Source of the DNA: Naegleria gruberi
Lineage: Eukaryota
Assembly: GCA_000004985.1 (NCBI GenBank)
Contig: GG738849.1
DNA length: 64,000 nt
Direction: 5' to 3' (one strand)
A program made the translations under genes and the position numbers. The notes beneath the pieces are model-generated. The model was given only the letters and a program-made list of their open reading frames with translations. It had not been told where the DNA came from and made no database searches. Numbering within the stretch: position 1 is the first letter of the stretch; every line of letters starts with the position of its first letter. Positions 9,139 through 19,880 of the stretch are shown here, in pieces.

Positions 9139-11511
9139 ATGTACAACGGTGATGACGATGATTACATTACCTCATCAGCAGTGTATTATCCCGAAGAGAG
9201 ACCACCTCCACTATGGTCACTCTATTTTCCCAATGAAATTTATCAACCGAATGTTTTGGATAAATACATAACAGTCTTGGAACCACATTTTAAAACGCAT
9301 AAAAACATTTACAAATTACAAAGTGTTGAAGGAGTTAATAATTATGTATTGACTATTGATTTGATTTTTATGTATAATAATTTGGATCATAATCATAAAG
9401 CATTTATGGAAAATAATATTTATAATAATCCTACTTATGCTTTGGCTGCTATTGAAATGGCTGCTCATAAAGTATTGCTTTGGAATGATGCAGAGGAAGT
9501 TGTAAAAGGAACTAAAATTAATGCGAGACTGATCAATCACTCAGTGTTTGTATCATTGAGAAAATTGAAATCAAATTCAATGGGAAAGTTTGTGTCACTC
9601 AAAGGAACAGTTGTAAAAGCAAGTAATATCAAACCTATTGTTACAGAGATGACTTTTGTTTGTGCAAAATGTGGAGCCAAACAGAGAAGACACTTCAAGG
9701 ATGGAAAGTTTATTCCACCAACCAAATGTAAAACACACTCATGTAAATCAAAAGCATTCAATCCAGATAGAAGTACTGCATCCACTGTTGATTGGCAAAA
9801 AATTAAAATTCAAGAAGTATCCGAAAGTGACGATTATGAAGCAGGTAGAATTCCAAGAACTATTGAATGTGAAATTACAGAAGATTTAGTCGAGTCATGT
9901 GCTGCTGGTGATGAAGTTATTGTTTGTGGAACAGTCAAGGTCATAAACAGTGAACAACAAGAGTATAGTAGAGGAGCAAAAGGAACTACAAAGAGAATGT
10001 ACTTTTTATATTTAGAAGGAAATTCAATTACAAATACGAAATCAACAGACAAAGGAGATGATACTCAATCATTTAGTACTAATGACTTGGAAGCAATCAG
10101 AGAAATGGGTTGTGAACCTGATATTTTCAGATTGGTTGTCCACTCTCTTTGTCCTGCAATTTTTGGACACGATATTGTAAAAGCTGGTCTTGCATTAACA
10201 TTATTTGGAGGAGTTCAGAGATATACCAATGCTAAAGATATGTTGACAGTTCGTGGCGATCCTCATATCCTGGTTGTAGGTGATCCAGGTTTGGGTAAAT
10301 CACAATTATTAACAGCAACATCACACGTAGCTCCTCGAGGTATCTATGTTTGTGGTAACACAACAAGTACATCAGGTCTCACGGTTACTGTAACAAAAGA
10401 TGTTTCAACAGGAGACTTTTCATTGGAAGCAGGTGCTTTAGTATTGGCGGATCGTGGATGTTGTTGCATTGACGAGTTTGATAAGATGAGTAATGAACAT
10501 CAAGCTCTTTTGGAAGCTATGGAACAGCAAAGTATTTCAGTTGCCAAGGCAGGTATTGTTTGTAATTTACCAGCCAGATGTTCTGTAGCCGCTGCTGCCA
10601 ATCCAGTTGGAGGCCACTACAATAGAGCTAAAACTGTTGGTGAAAATTTAAAGATTAATCCAGCCCTTCTTTCAAGATTTGATTTAATTTTCATCTTATT
10701 GGATAAGCCAGATGAGCTCAGAGACAAGCTTCTTTCAGAACACGTTTTGAAACTTCACTCTGGAAACACAACTAGAACAGGTTCAGCTCTCTCCACCTTT
10801 ACCACAAAATCTGCACTGAGTCAAGTTGGTACTCAACATGGACAAACATCTCTGAAGGAAAGATTGAAACCAAAAAAAGGTGAAACTTTTGATGTTATTC
10901 CGCCAAGACTTTTGAGAAAATATATTTCCTATGCCAGACAATATGTCATGCCAAAACTTAACAATGATGCAAAGAAGGTATTACAAGATTTTTATGTAAA
11001 ACTCAGAAAATCACACCACAGTTCTGAAGCAACACCTATCACAACAAGACAATTGGAATCATTGATTAGACTTTCACAAGCTAGAGCTAGATCTGAATTG
11101 AGAAGTGAAGTGACAGAAAGAGATGCTTTAGATGTTGTAGAGTTAATTAAGGAATCTATGTTTGATGTCCTTACAGATGAAAAGGGAAGAATTGACTTGA
11201 CACGTGTAACTGGTATGAGCAAAACCAAACAACAAAATGCCTACATTGAACAGCTCACCAAGATTGCAGACTCTAATGGACACGGTCCTATGTTTGAATT
11301 TAATGAAATGGTTCAATATGCTCAACAAATGGGACTTACAGAAGACCACAGAATTCTCATTGAAAGACTTAATAACCAGGGTTATATTTTAAAGAAGGGA
11401 CCTGGTGTTTACAAGCTCACAACCTGTGCTTCTACAACCACTCCAACCAAACCAAAGCGTAAATCTAGATTGTCACAAGAGGAGGCTTCCCAAAATGATT
11501 ATGAGGAATAA
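9139..11511 (+). CDS. MCM8: MCM8 (MCM-family AAA+ helicase), single exon
   Basis: C4 zinc finger CAKCGAK..CKTHSCKSK. Walker A ILVVGDPGLGKSQLL has a canonical GK[ST], as in MCM8/9 but not MCM2-7. Walker B CCCIDEFDKM and arginine finger SRFDLIF are present. The ~790-aa length fits MCM8. Confidence 0.8.
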   Translation: MYNGDDDDYITSSAVYYPEERPPPLWSLYFPNEIYQPNVLDKYITVLEPHFKTHKNIYKLQSVEGVNNYVLTIDLIFMYNNLDHNHKAFMENNIYNNPTYALAAIEMAAHKVLLWNDAEEVVKGTKINARLINHSVFVSLRKLKSNSMGKFVSLKGTVVKASNIKPIVTEMTFVCAKCGAKQRRHFKDGKFIPPTKCKTHSCKSKAFNPDRSTASTVDWQKIKIQEVSESDDYEAGRIPRTIECEITEDLVESCAAGDEVIVCGTVKVINSEQQEYSRGAKGTTKRMYFLYLEGNSITNTKSTDKGDDTQSFSTNDLEAIREMGCEPDIFRLVVHSLCPAIFGHDIVKAGLALTLFGGVQRYTNAKDMLTVRGDPHILVVGDPGLGKSQLLTATSHVAPRGIYVCGNTTSTSGLTVTVTKDVSTGDFSLEAGALVLADRGCCCIDEFDKMSNEHQALLEAMEQQSISVAKAGIVCNLPARCSVAAAANPVGGHYNRAKTVGENLKINPALLSRFDLIFILLDKPDELRDKLLSEHVLKLHSGNTTRTGSALSTFTTKSALSQVGTQHGQTSLKERLKPKKGETFDVIPPRLLRKYISYARQYVMPKLNNDAKKVLQDFYVKLRKSHHSSEATPITTRQLESLIRLSQARARSELRSEVTERDALDVVELIKESMFDVLTDEKGRIDLTRVTGMSKTKQQNAYIEQLTKIADSNGHGPMFEFNEMVQYAQQMGLTEDHRILIERLNNQGYILKKGPGVYKLTTCASTTTPTKPKRKSRLSQEEASQNDYEE

Positions 11512-11515
11512 TAGG

Positions 11516-12793
11516 TTATTTGAGATTTATTTTCAGATAAGCAATGAAGCTTGTAACTGTAAAGAAAACTGTTGAACCTAGAGTTACACCTTGATCCAGA
11601 ATATAATTATTATCAGCTATTACACCATACATATTACGGAATGATCCATTCAATTCGCTCTTAACTTGATCAATCTCTATAATAGAAAGGGCAAACGAAA
11701 CTGCTGCAATTATTACTGGAATAATAGTTGTCAAAAGTGTTATTTTTGGCAGTAATTTGAAAAACTGAATTCCAAAAGCAATAGAAATAAACATTGAAAT
11801 CCAAGTAAGGAAATATAACAGTTTTGCATAAATACTGATTTCTAACCCAGTTGTAAAGTATTGATAATTGACAGATAGTGAAATACCAAGCGCCAAATAT
11901 GCCACCAAAGCAATAGAAACAACAATAGCCAATATCGTAAATAGGGCACAAACAGAATGTCTGAACATTGTGAAGAGTACAAGGGGAATATTCTTACGTT
12001 TCTTTCTTCTGAAAATTGTTTTCATTCCAATCACACAAAAGATGATAGATAGCCCAACTACTACAATAGAAACCAATGCTAAACCGCCATAAAATCCCAG
12101 ACCAATATAATTAGCATCTCTTCCAGTAACTATTCCTAAAATTAAGTAAACAATAGCTGTCAAAATGAACACAATAAATGGGAATGTAAAAACCAAAAAT
12201 CCAAATACAGCACATCCAAGAGATATTCTTCCACACCATTTCAGTTTGTGCTTTTTAATTGATTTTACCTTTTTTCTTTTCCATAAAAAGCAGCAAGAAA
12301 ATGCCATAATTGTCAAACAAACACTCAGAGCTAGAAAATAAATAGGTAATAAATAAGTATGAGACGAATTATCAATACTATCTACAACGGTATATCTATG
12401 TGCAGAGTAATACACAATAGCATATGTCAAATAAATAATAAATGAAAAGCAAAATATGAAACAAAACACTATTCTCAAAATATTCTCATTGGATTCTATT
12501 TTTTTCACAGATCCTGAACTCATTGCACTAGATGAATAAATAGACTTCATAGATTTTCTATGATTGGTAGTATTAGTTGTGTGGGTGACTAAATCTTCAT
12601 GTATGGTAACTGTTTCTTCTTCCCTTGTTGTGTTAAGTGTTACAACAGTTCGTGCTGATCTAGGTGTAATTAATTGCTGATCTAGAGATGTACATGAGTT
12701 ACTATTCGAAATGATAGATTGATCAAGTCCATTGTTGATAGGTTTTTCTGATTCTGATGAGCTTCCACTCCTTGCAGAGTCAATTTCATTCAA
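11516..12793 (-). CDS. Multi-pass membrane protein (about 10 TM), unknown function; 5' end unresolved
   Basis: Long hydrophobic segments. The track start at 12793 is TTG, not ATG; the first in-frame ATG is ~80 codons in. An 81-aa ORF (12790-13035, real ATG with A-run) abuts it in another frame and may be its true first exon. Confidence 0.4.
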   Translation of the reverse strand: MNEIDSARSGSSSESEKPINNGLDQSIISNSNSCTSLDQQLITPRSARTVVTLNTTREEETVTIHEDLVTHTTNTTNHRKSMKSIYSSSAMSSGSVKKIESNENILRIVFCFIFCFSFIIYLTYAIVYYSAHRYTVVDSIDNSSHTYLLPIYFLALSVCLTIMAFSCCFLWKRKKVKSIKKHKLKWCGRISLGCAVFGFLVFTFPFIVFILTAIVYLILGIVTGRDANYIGLGFYGGLALVSIVVVGLSIIFCVIGMKTIFRRKKRKNIPLVLFTMFRHSVCALFTILAIVVSIALVAYLALGISLSVNYQYFTTGLEISIYAKLLYFLTWISMFISIAFGIQFFKLLPKITLLTTIIPVIIAAVSFALSIIEIDQVKSELNGSFRNMYGVIADNNYILDQGVTLGSTVFFTVTSFIAYLKINLK

Positions 12794-13356
12794 TTCAAAT
12801 CCTCAACCTGACTCCCTTTCACACTAAAATGTTTTACCAGTGTTTTAGTGTTAGTTTCATCATCTTGATTCTGTTTAATGTATTCGTATAAATTTGACAC
12901 ATTTTCCGATAAGCTAACCACAGAATCTCCCTTGTTATTATTTGGAAGTGATGTTATTGAAGATGAAGGTATGATTCTCGCATCCTCACCTTCTGGAGCT
13001 GTCGAAGTTGCTGCTGTTGATGTTTGTTGAGACATTTTTTAATGTTCACTTCAGTGTTGCGAATCTCTGAAAGGTGATGCAACAATATCGGAATTGTGAT
13101 GAAGTTGCTTTTATGAGAGATTGAAACTTTGACGTATTCTACAAGATATTTTGCATAGTGTTTCCGAGAGATTGAATAATACTATTTGCTTTTCAAAATT
13201 CAAAAGCCTTCGAAGCCTACTAATGTGTTATGTTTTAACGAGTTTTTTTCTAAGTTCTTCTTCACTGAACGGAGGCTATACTGTCATCATATTAAGATAG
13301 GAAAATATTGGTGCGATAATTTTTTAAAAAAAAACAATTAAAAATATTTTTAAAAA

Positions 13357-14349
13357 ATGATTTCTTCATCATCGGAGCAACTCGACTTGTTAAATTCCAA
13401 AAATTTTGTATCACCAGCAGAGTTGGCCTATCTGGATTGTTATTTGGAGGATAGGACGAAGAATAGCGATGTGGATTATAGTAGAGTCTATCAAGAAGCT
13501 AAGAAACATATTACATGTATGAAAAAAGCAACATTTAACAAATCCAAGATAAAGTCTCTGTTAGGGGAAGGTGATTTGGAATCACAGGAAAAATCATATA
13601 ACTCGGTGGTGGAAAAACGATTAAAATTTCTGGAATTGGTAAATGATAAATTATCAAATTCAATACAATTTATGGAAAATAATCAAGATAAGGATTTAAA
13701 TGTAAAGATTATTATGGAACAATTTACTACGACATTCGAATTTGCAGCAAATATTATTCCTGTACCAACAGTTGAACCAGGAGAGGAAAAACCACAAAAA
13801 AAGAGAAAATCGAAACAATTAGAAATTGACACAAGTGTTGCTACTACTTCCTCTTCTACGACAAATCATACAGCAGAAACACCAACTGAAACGCCAACAT
13901 CTGTTTCAGAAACACCAACTGAAGCAAAGGTGGAATCCACTCCAAAGAAGAGAAAGTTCAATAAGAGAACAGAAGCCTCAACTGCCACAAAGGTTCTTAA
14001 TGATAGACTTTCATCAATTTTAGAGGAATTAAATAACCATGAACATGCTGATATTTTCAGAGATGAAGTTCCAAAAGATACACCTCATTACTATGAAAGT
14101 ATTTTACAACCAGTTTGCTTGACTCAACTCAAAAAAAAACTAGAAAAGAAGGAAATTACAACAGAATTGGAATTGAAGCATCAACTCTTATTAATGTACC
14201 AAAATTGTATTATGTATAACGATGACGATACTGAATACTATCAAGCAGCTAAAGAAATGAAACAGTTTACAATTGATTTGTTTTCTACTGGAGCCAATAC
14301 ATCCCAATCTAATACTAAAAAAGTACAAACAAAGAAAAAAAAGAAATAA
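13357..14349 (+). CDS. Bromodomain-containing protein
   Basis: C-terminal FRDEVPKDTPHYYESILQPVCLTQLKKKLEKKEITTELELKHQLLLMYQNCIMYNDDDTEYYQAAKEMKQF fits the bromodomain (F..PV......YY..I..P..L..I..+......Y....+...D..L...N...YN.....Y..A). Middle region has TPTE repeats and KKRK motifs. Confidence 0.7.
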   Translation: MISSSSEQLDLLNSKNFVSPAELAYLDCYLEDRTKNSDVDYSRVYQEAKKHITCMKKATFNKSKIKSLLGEGDLESQEKSYNSVVEKRLKFLELVNDKLSNSIQFMENNQDKDLNVKIIMEQFTTTFEFAANIIPVPTVEPGEEKPQKKRKSKQLEIDTSVATTSSSTTNHTAETPTETPTSVSETPTEAKVESTPKKRKFNKRTEASTATKVLNDRLSSILEELNNHEHADIFRDEVPKDTPHYYESILQPVCLTQLKKKLEKKEITTELELKHQLLLMYQNCIMYNDDDTEYYQAAKEMKQFTIDLFSTGANTSQSNTKKVQTKKKKK

Positions 14350-14354
14350 ATAAT

Positions 14355-15380
14355 TTATTCAATATTCTTAGTGATGGAAGTTATTTCAATCTCTGTGCCT
14401 GCCAATTCTCTTCTTAATGATGAAGAATTTGTCATTGAACTAGTTGTAATACCAGTACTTGATTGACTTTCCTTCTCTGTAGCTGAGGCGTTTGCTGGAA
14501 CGTCAGGTTCTGTTTCCAATAGAGTTGAGAAAGAGTTCTTCAATCTTTCCCATCCATCGAAATAAACAGCAAGGAAATACATTGATGTTGCTTGCAGAGT
14601 GGAATTCCAATAAACTAATCTAGTAAAAAATGATTTTGGTGTATAAACAGAGTACATGAAAATTCCAGCAATTCCTCCTAGTAAATTTAAATGTTGACTG
14701 GCAAGTGAAACTCCTTCTGTACTTCTAGCTTCCCAAGTTACAAGTAATTGTGGAATGTGACTGATAATTTGAGAAATTGGTTTGATCAAGTTAGTATATG
14801 GAATTGTTTCAGGATATGAAACTCCACAAAATAAAGGAACAATTGGAATAAAAATACAAAGCAAGAATATTCTTCTATTTGTAAAAACAGTAAACTGGAT
14901 CATAAAGATAATATGTTGAGCAATATTGAAAGCACCATAAAGAACAACACTCAATGCTTCACCCATCAAGTATGAATTCACTCCCAAATATGCAGATCCG
15001 ATGAGTTTTAACAAAATTCCTGTTGTACTAAATCCTTTCACTGATTTTCTCTTGTAATTTAAATAGGCTTGTGGCAAATATTGTACTGTAAAACAAAATG
15101 TTGCCATATAACCGGAGATTGAAGCCAGTGATGTGAGCAATGATGGTTGCAATTCTGTATCCGTTGTAGCAGCCTCAACAGAATCATTAAAGGCCAATGT
15201 TATTACTAAAGAAACTATAAAAGATATTATTGGTGAGTAAATAGCAAAATTCGATGATGATGATGACTTGGCTGATGATGGCCTCATCGCCATGATGGAT
15301 TTAAATCGTGAAAGAGAGGATGATAACAACGTAGAGGAAATATCCATGATGGTGTTGCTTGGAGTTGTTGTTTCCTTCAT
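14355..15380 (-). CDS. PQ-loop repeat transporter (cystinosin/PQLC2/LAAT-like)
   Basis: Seven-TM pattern with two PQ-loop motifs: QYLPQAYLNYKRKSVKGFS and QHIPQLLVTWEARSTEGVS. Confidence 0.75.
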   Translation of the reverse strand: MKETTTPSNTIMDISSTLLSSSLSRFKSIMAMRPSSAKSSSSSNFAIYSPIISFIVSLVITLAFNDSVEAATTDTELQPSLLTSLASISGYMATFCFTVQYLPQAYLNYKRKSVKGFSTTGILLKLIGSAYLGVNSYLMGEALSVVLYGAFNIAQHIIFMIQFTVFTNRRIFLLCIFIPIVPLFCGVSYPETIPYTNLIKPISQIISHIPQLLVTWEARSTEGVSLASQHLNLLGGIAGIFMYSVYTPKSFFTRLVYWNSTLQATSMYFLAVYFDGWERLKNSFSTLLETEPDVPANASATEKESQSSTGITTSSMTNSSSLRRELAGTEIEITSITKNIE

Positions 15381-15680
15381 TTTTTTTCAACGTTAAATAG
15401 GTGATGTTTAGGGAGGGCGCCACATTAATGAAATACAAGAAGAATTGACAACAGAATAGAAAAAATTGTACAAGTTCCAAAATCAAAACTAGATAGAGAG
15501 GTGTTGGAAGAAGGGAAAATTGATTAAGAATCAAGTACTTGGCCAAATTCATTAGCAAGCAAACCATCAGTTTTTAAGTATTAATTCTTAGAACTTGGGT
15601 ATTGATATTTGTCTAATTCCCAAAACAACCAATAGATCAGAGGCGACATCCTTAATCCCAAATTGAGTTACCAAATGTAC

Positions 15681-18600
15681 TCAAATATTAACATTCAAAA
15701 CACCAACTTCACCTTCAGAAGTAACAAATACGAAAGAATTGGATTGCCCAACATCATTATAACTTCCAAAACCACCTCTAATAAGATTCTTGATGGAACC
15801 TGTAAATTGCTTACAAGTGGATTTGACAAGAGATTCGTATTGAACTCCCTTCTCTGCCTCAACAAGAAAGTGATTTTTCAAGTAGGCCTTCTTTGGATTG
15901 ATGTAATACTTCTCTGGTGAAAGGGTTGTACTCTTCGATTCCTTATTCAATAAATCTATGTAATAGTAAAGGTTGGTGTTTTCGAATTGATTCCAATTTG
16001 CTGATATTAATCTATCCTCATCCTTGATCTTGTATTCATTGCTTAGTTTCCTCGAGCCAATTCTCTCTTTTTGATTGAGACCCAAGATTTTCAAATCCCC
16101 ATCTATGTAGTCAGTTACCAGAATATTGTAACTGTTAGAACCACTTGATGGTATCAGAGCACAAGACAATGTAAGCATTCTATTGTTTGTTTTGTCAACA
16201 ATCAAAAGCTCCTCAACTTTTTGGAAATCTCTCCTTACTCGAATTAATCTAGTTTGACCTCCCAATCCACACAATAACAAATATATATCCAATCCATGCT
16301 CAATTATATCAAAGCTATTAACTATAAAATGGAGAGATCTGAATACAGGACTTCCTCTATTGAAGTATTTGGCATACACTGGATAAGTTAGCTCTCTTTC
16401 TTTGGTGTAGTCCAAAAGCTCATATCTATCAATAAAATCAATGTTAATTTTGTTAGATTCCTTTCCTATCGAGCAAAGATGTACCATGTTATTAAATATC
16501 AAGAAATATTTCCCGTCAGAATGACTGATTTGTTGGATTTTGATGAATATAGATTCGTTATGATAAGGGAATGGTTGCTCCCCAAGAATAGTTGATTTCA
16601 ACACATTGAGAGATTCGTCCAGAACTGCCATCCATGCAATAGAAAGTAGTACAGAACCTCCATCACTTTCAGTACTTGATGGTAGCAAAAATGTTGTTAG
16701 TATTGGTACCATTATGACTTCGTCCTCCTCTATTTGAACTGCTGTAATGTCACAAATAGAATGACTCTTAATGATACTCTTCTCATTCAATTTCAATGAT
16801 TCAGGTAGAATATCTTCAGCACTTATATACTTTTCTTGGAAAAACTCATTCTCAGTGTCCATATCCAGTACACATTTAAATATTAAGGAATTAACTTTTT
16901 CTGAGACTAGAGATCTTTCAGTGCATGCTACAAAGTAGCTTTGTGATCTTCCCACGTTAATACTTTTAAGTGGCTCTATGAAATCTTCACTTTTGGTTTT
17001 AAGAAGTAGTGACTTCCATCTAATCTTTCTCTCTGAGGCCATCTCACAAAACTGAATTGCGCCACCCTCTGGTTGTTCAATCAGAGCAATTATGCATTCA
17101 CCAAATTGTGATGTGGTTATATTGGAAATAGAGATGGTTTTACCTGGATACCTCTTCTTTTCATTTTCGTGAGTAAATACAGTTTTCAAAATCCTTCTCT
17201 TATCCATCGTTGATTCCTCAGCCACAATTAGAATGTCTCTATTACTGCTGCAATACACAGCTTCCTCTCCTTTCTCTGTTTTGATCTTCTTCAAATTTAC
17301 AAATGATTCTCCAACAAATATTTCTTCCTCTTCAGCTGAACTTCCAAGGATTGGTGTAATAACACATTTCCCTTTTGATAAACCCAGCACTGCAACACAT
17401 TGTCCATCAATTTCATAGCTGATGCATGATCTAATGGTATCATCCAGCTTTTTTTCTGACACAATCTGCCAGGTGGAAACCTCAACAATATAAACTGAAT
17501 TAACAATCCAAAAAGATACAATAGCATATTTCTTGCCCTTAAAGTCAAATATTGAGAAGCAGGAAACTTGATTCTCGAAACTATTAGTAGACACCTTTTC
17601 CAGTGATAATGGTCTATTCTTGAGCTCAAACTGTATCATTTGATTTTTTCTCGAAATGAACACCTACAATTGAATTAAATTTCAAGCATTAATCTTAATA
17701 CTTACTGTTCCATTCGACTCAATTTCTGCACACATAAACTTTTCTCCGTCATTTTTAAATAAGTAAACGCATGACGTAGCAAAGTTCGAATATTGTATCT
17801 CAAATAAACCAATATCTACCTCTGTTACCATTTCAAAGAGTGAGGATGTTGGAGTTTTCTTGAACTCTCTGATAGCAAGTATTTTCTTTTTTTTACAATC
17901 CAAAGAAGGTATTTCAATAGGAGCCATATCAAAAGTTGAAAATAAGCTGGTCCCATGGTCCTGTGAAAACAGTACCAATGAGTTTTCCTTTAACGTTAGA
18001 CTGTTAATTATTGAGTTAATAATTACTGTTTGAGGATTACTTACACAAACAGATCGGAAGATCCTTCAATGATTGAGTTTTCACAAAGTGGCATGAAAGG
18101 CACAAGTCTACTTCCTGATTGACAAACACTAAATCTAGCAGCACCCTTAATATGTTGTGTATATTGATTGAAAGACCCTGAGAATGAAGTGCAAACCAGT
18201 CTTGAATCTCTGGTCATATTAAAACTATGCAAGTACCCATGAGTGATACTTCCCAAGCATGGTAATTGCTCCTCATCAATACTACTCCCAACACTATCAT
18301 AATAGTTTCTCAAGTTCAATTCTATACCATTTATGTTTGAATTCTTCTCCGCAATATCAATCCATTTTGTTTGGGTATTTTCAAATGGAGAGCTGATGAA
18401 TAATTGTGAATAACTCGAAGAATGAGTAAATAAAAGAAAATCTCCAACATTTTGCTTTACCAACGATGAGGGACTATGTTCAATAGTTATATTGTTCGCT
18501 GATTCTCCTAATGAATTTTCCAATGACAACTTGACAATATGGAAACTTCCGTCAGAATACTGACACAAAAACTTCTTTGTTGTGAGATATCTGGCTGATC

Positions 18601-19745
18601 TAATCTTCTTTCTTTCTTCCTTAATGCATACTACATGACATGGACATAATAAACTGTTGAAATTGCCCAATTTTAAAGGATGTTCTTTGACAATACCGGT
18701 TTTGGAATAGTACACAATGCTGCAAGAACTGAAACACAAAACTCCAAACTTAAAAAGCAATAAGCTAATCAATTAATCTAAATTACTCACATTACCTGAC
18801 TCTAGACATGTTGTGGTTGGATGAATGTTGAAAACAGAAAAAGGCCCTATCGATGCTTTTAAAAAAGCACTGGAACTGAATACTCTCGATGTTTCTACCT
18901 GTCCCGTTTCAACCTTAGTTGTAACATCCAAAACGAAACTTGTTAAAAATGTGTGAGGAATGGCAGGCAATGAGTAATTTGAATCGTCATAGTCGCCAAC
19001 ATACTCTTGCAGTAAAACAGCCAATTCAACATTTGTCTCTGAAAGACTTCCTTTTAGAAATCCCATATCCATAATTTTAAATAGTGATTTGGTATTCAAA
19101 GAGGACTGTGGTCTTATTTCAAATACTTTGCTTTCCACTGAAATTGTTGATTTCTGATTATATACAAGCCTAAAGTAATACAAATATTGATTGTATAATG
19201 AGAGAACTATTTCACTAAAATTTCTCATTTTCCTACATCTTCCAATTGGAAATACTGTCCTCTAATAAAATAAGAATTGAATAGTATTGAACTACTCACA
19301 CTTGAATCTTCCAACTTCTTTTCCAAATCAGTAGCACTTTTTTTATCTGAAGCATAGTTCAATAGACACAGTGATCCTTCCTCAATCACAATTATCAACT
19401 GATCCATCTCAATCCTAATCAAAAACCAATTCAACTCATAATCAATCAATAAAATATGATCCAACATCTCATTCATAAATTGCACAGTCATTAATTTAAT
19501 CACTTTCTTTTCAATCTTGTCGAATTGTATTGTTTTGTTTTCAAATGAATCCTCCTCTTTACAATACTTGAAAAAGTGCAATTTGTTTCCCTAAATAATT
19601 TTAAATAATTCAATTAAATAGTCATCATTCTCCGATAAACACAAACCTTCGACTCGAGAGCATACTCTGCATCATCCTTAAAAAACCTTCCATAACAACA
19701 GGCACTTATCGATTGATCTTCCACCAATTGTTTAATATCAATCAT
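15681..19745 (-). CDS. Large beta-propeller protein of the DDB1/CPSF160/SF3b130 (CPSF_A/MMS1_N) family, 6 exons, ~1280 aa
   Basis: Five adjacent minus-strand ORFs join through GT..AG introns of 56, 38, 42, 44 and 42 nt. Exons ~19745-19647, 19590-19300, 19261-18791, 18748-18045, 18000-17706, 17663-15681, total 3843 nt. N-terminus MIDIKQLVEDQSISACCYGRFF...LHFFKY resembles DDB1/SF3B3 N-termini, and IDGDL lies near the C-terminus. The family is clear; which member is not. Confidence 0.45.
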
Positions 19746-19880
19746 TTTACTTCCGAATTTCCCTTCTCATACAAAATCCAACAACAGAGCAATAGTAGCA
19801 AGCCTTTGGGTTGCTTCTTTTTTAATGTGATTTAAAAAAATCATTCCGTACAAAAACAGATAAAAAAGGAGGGAAAAAAA

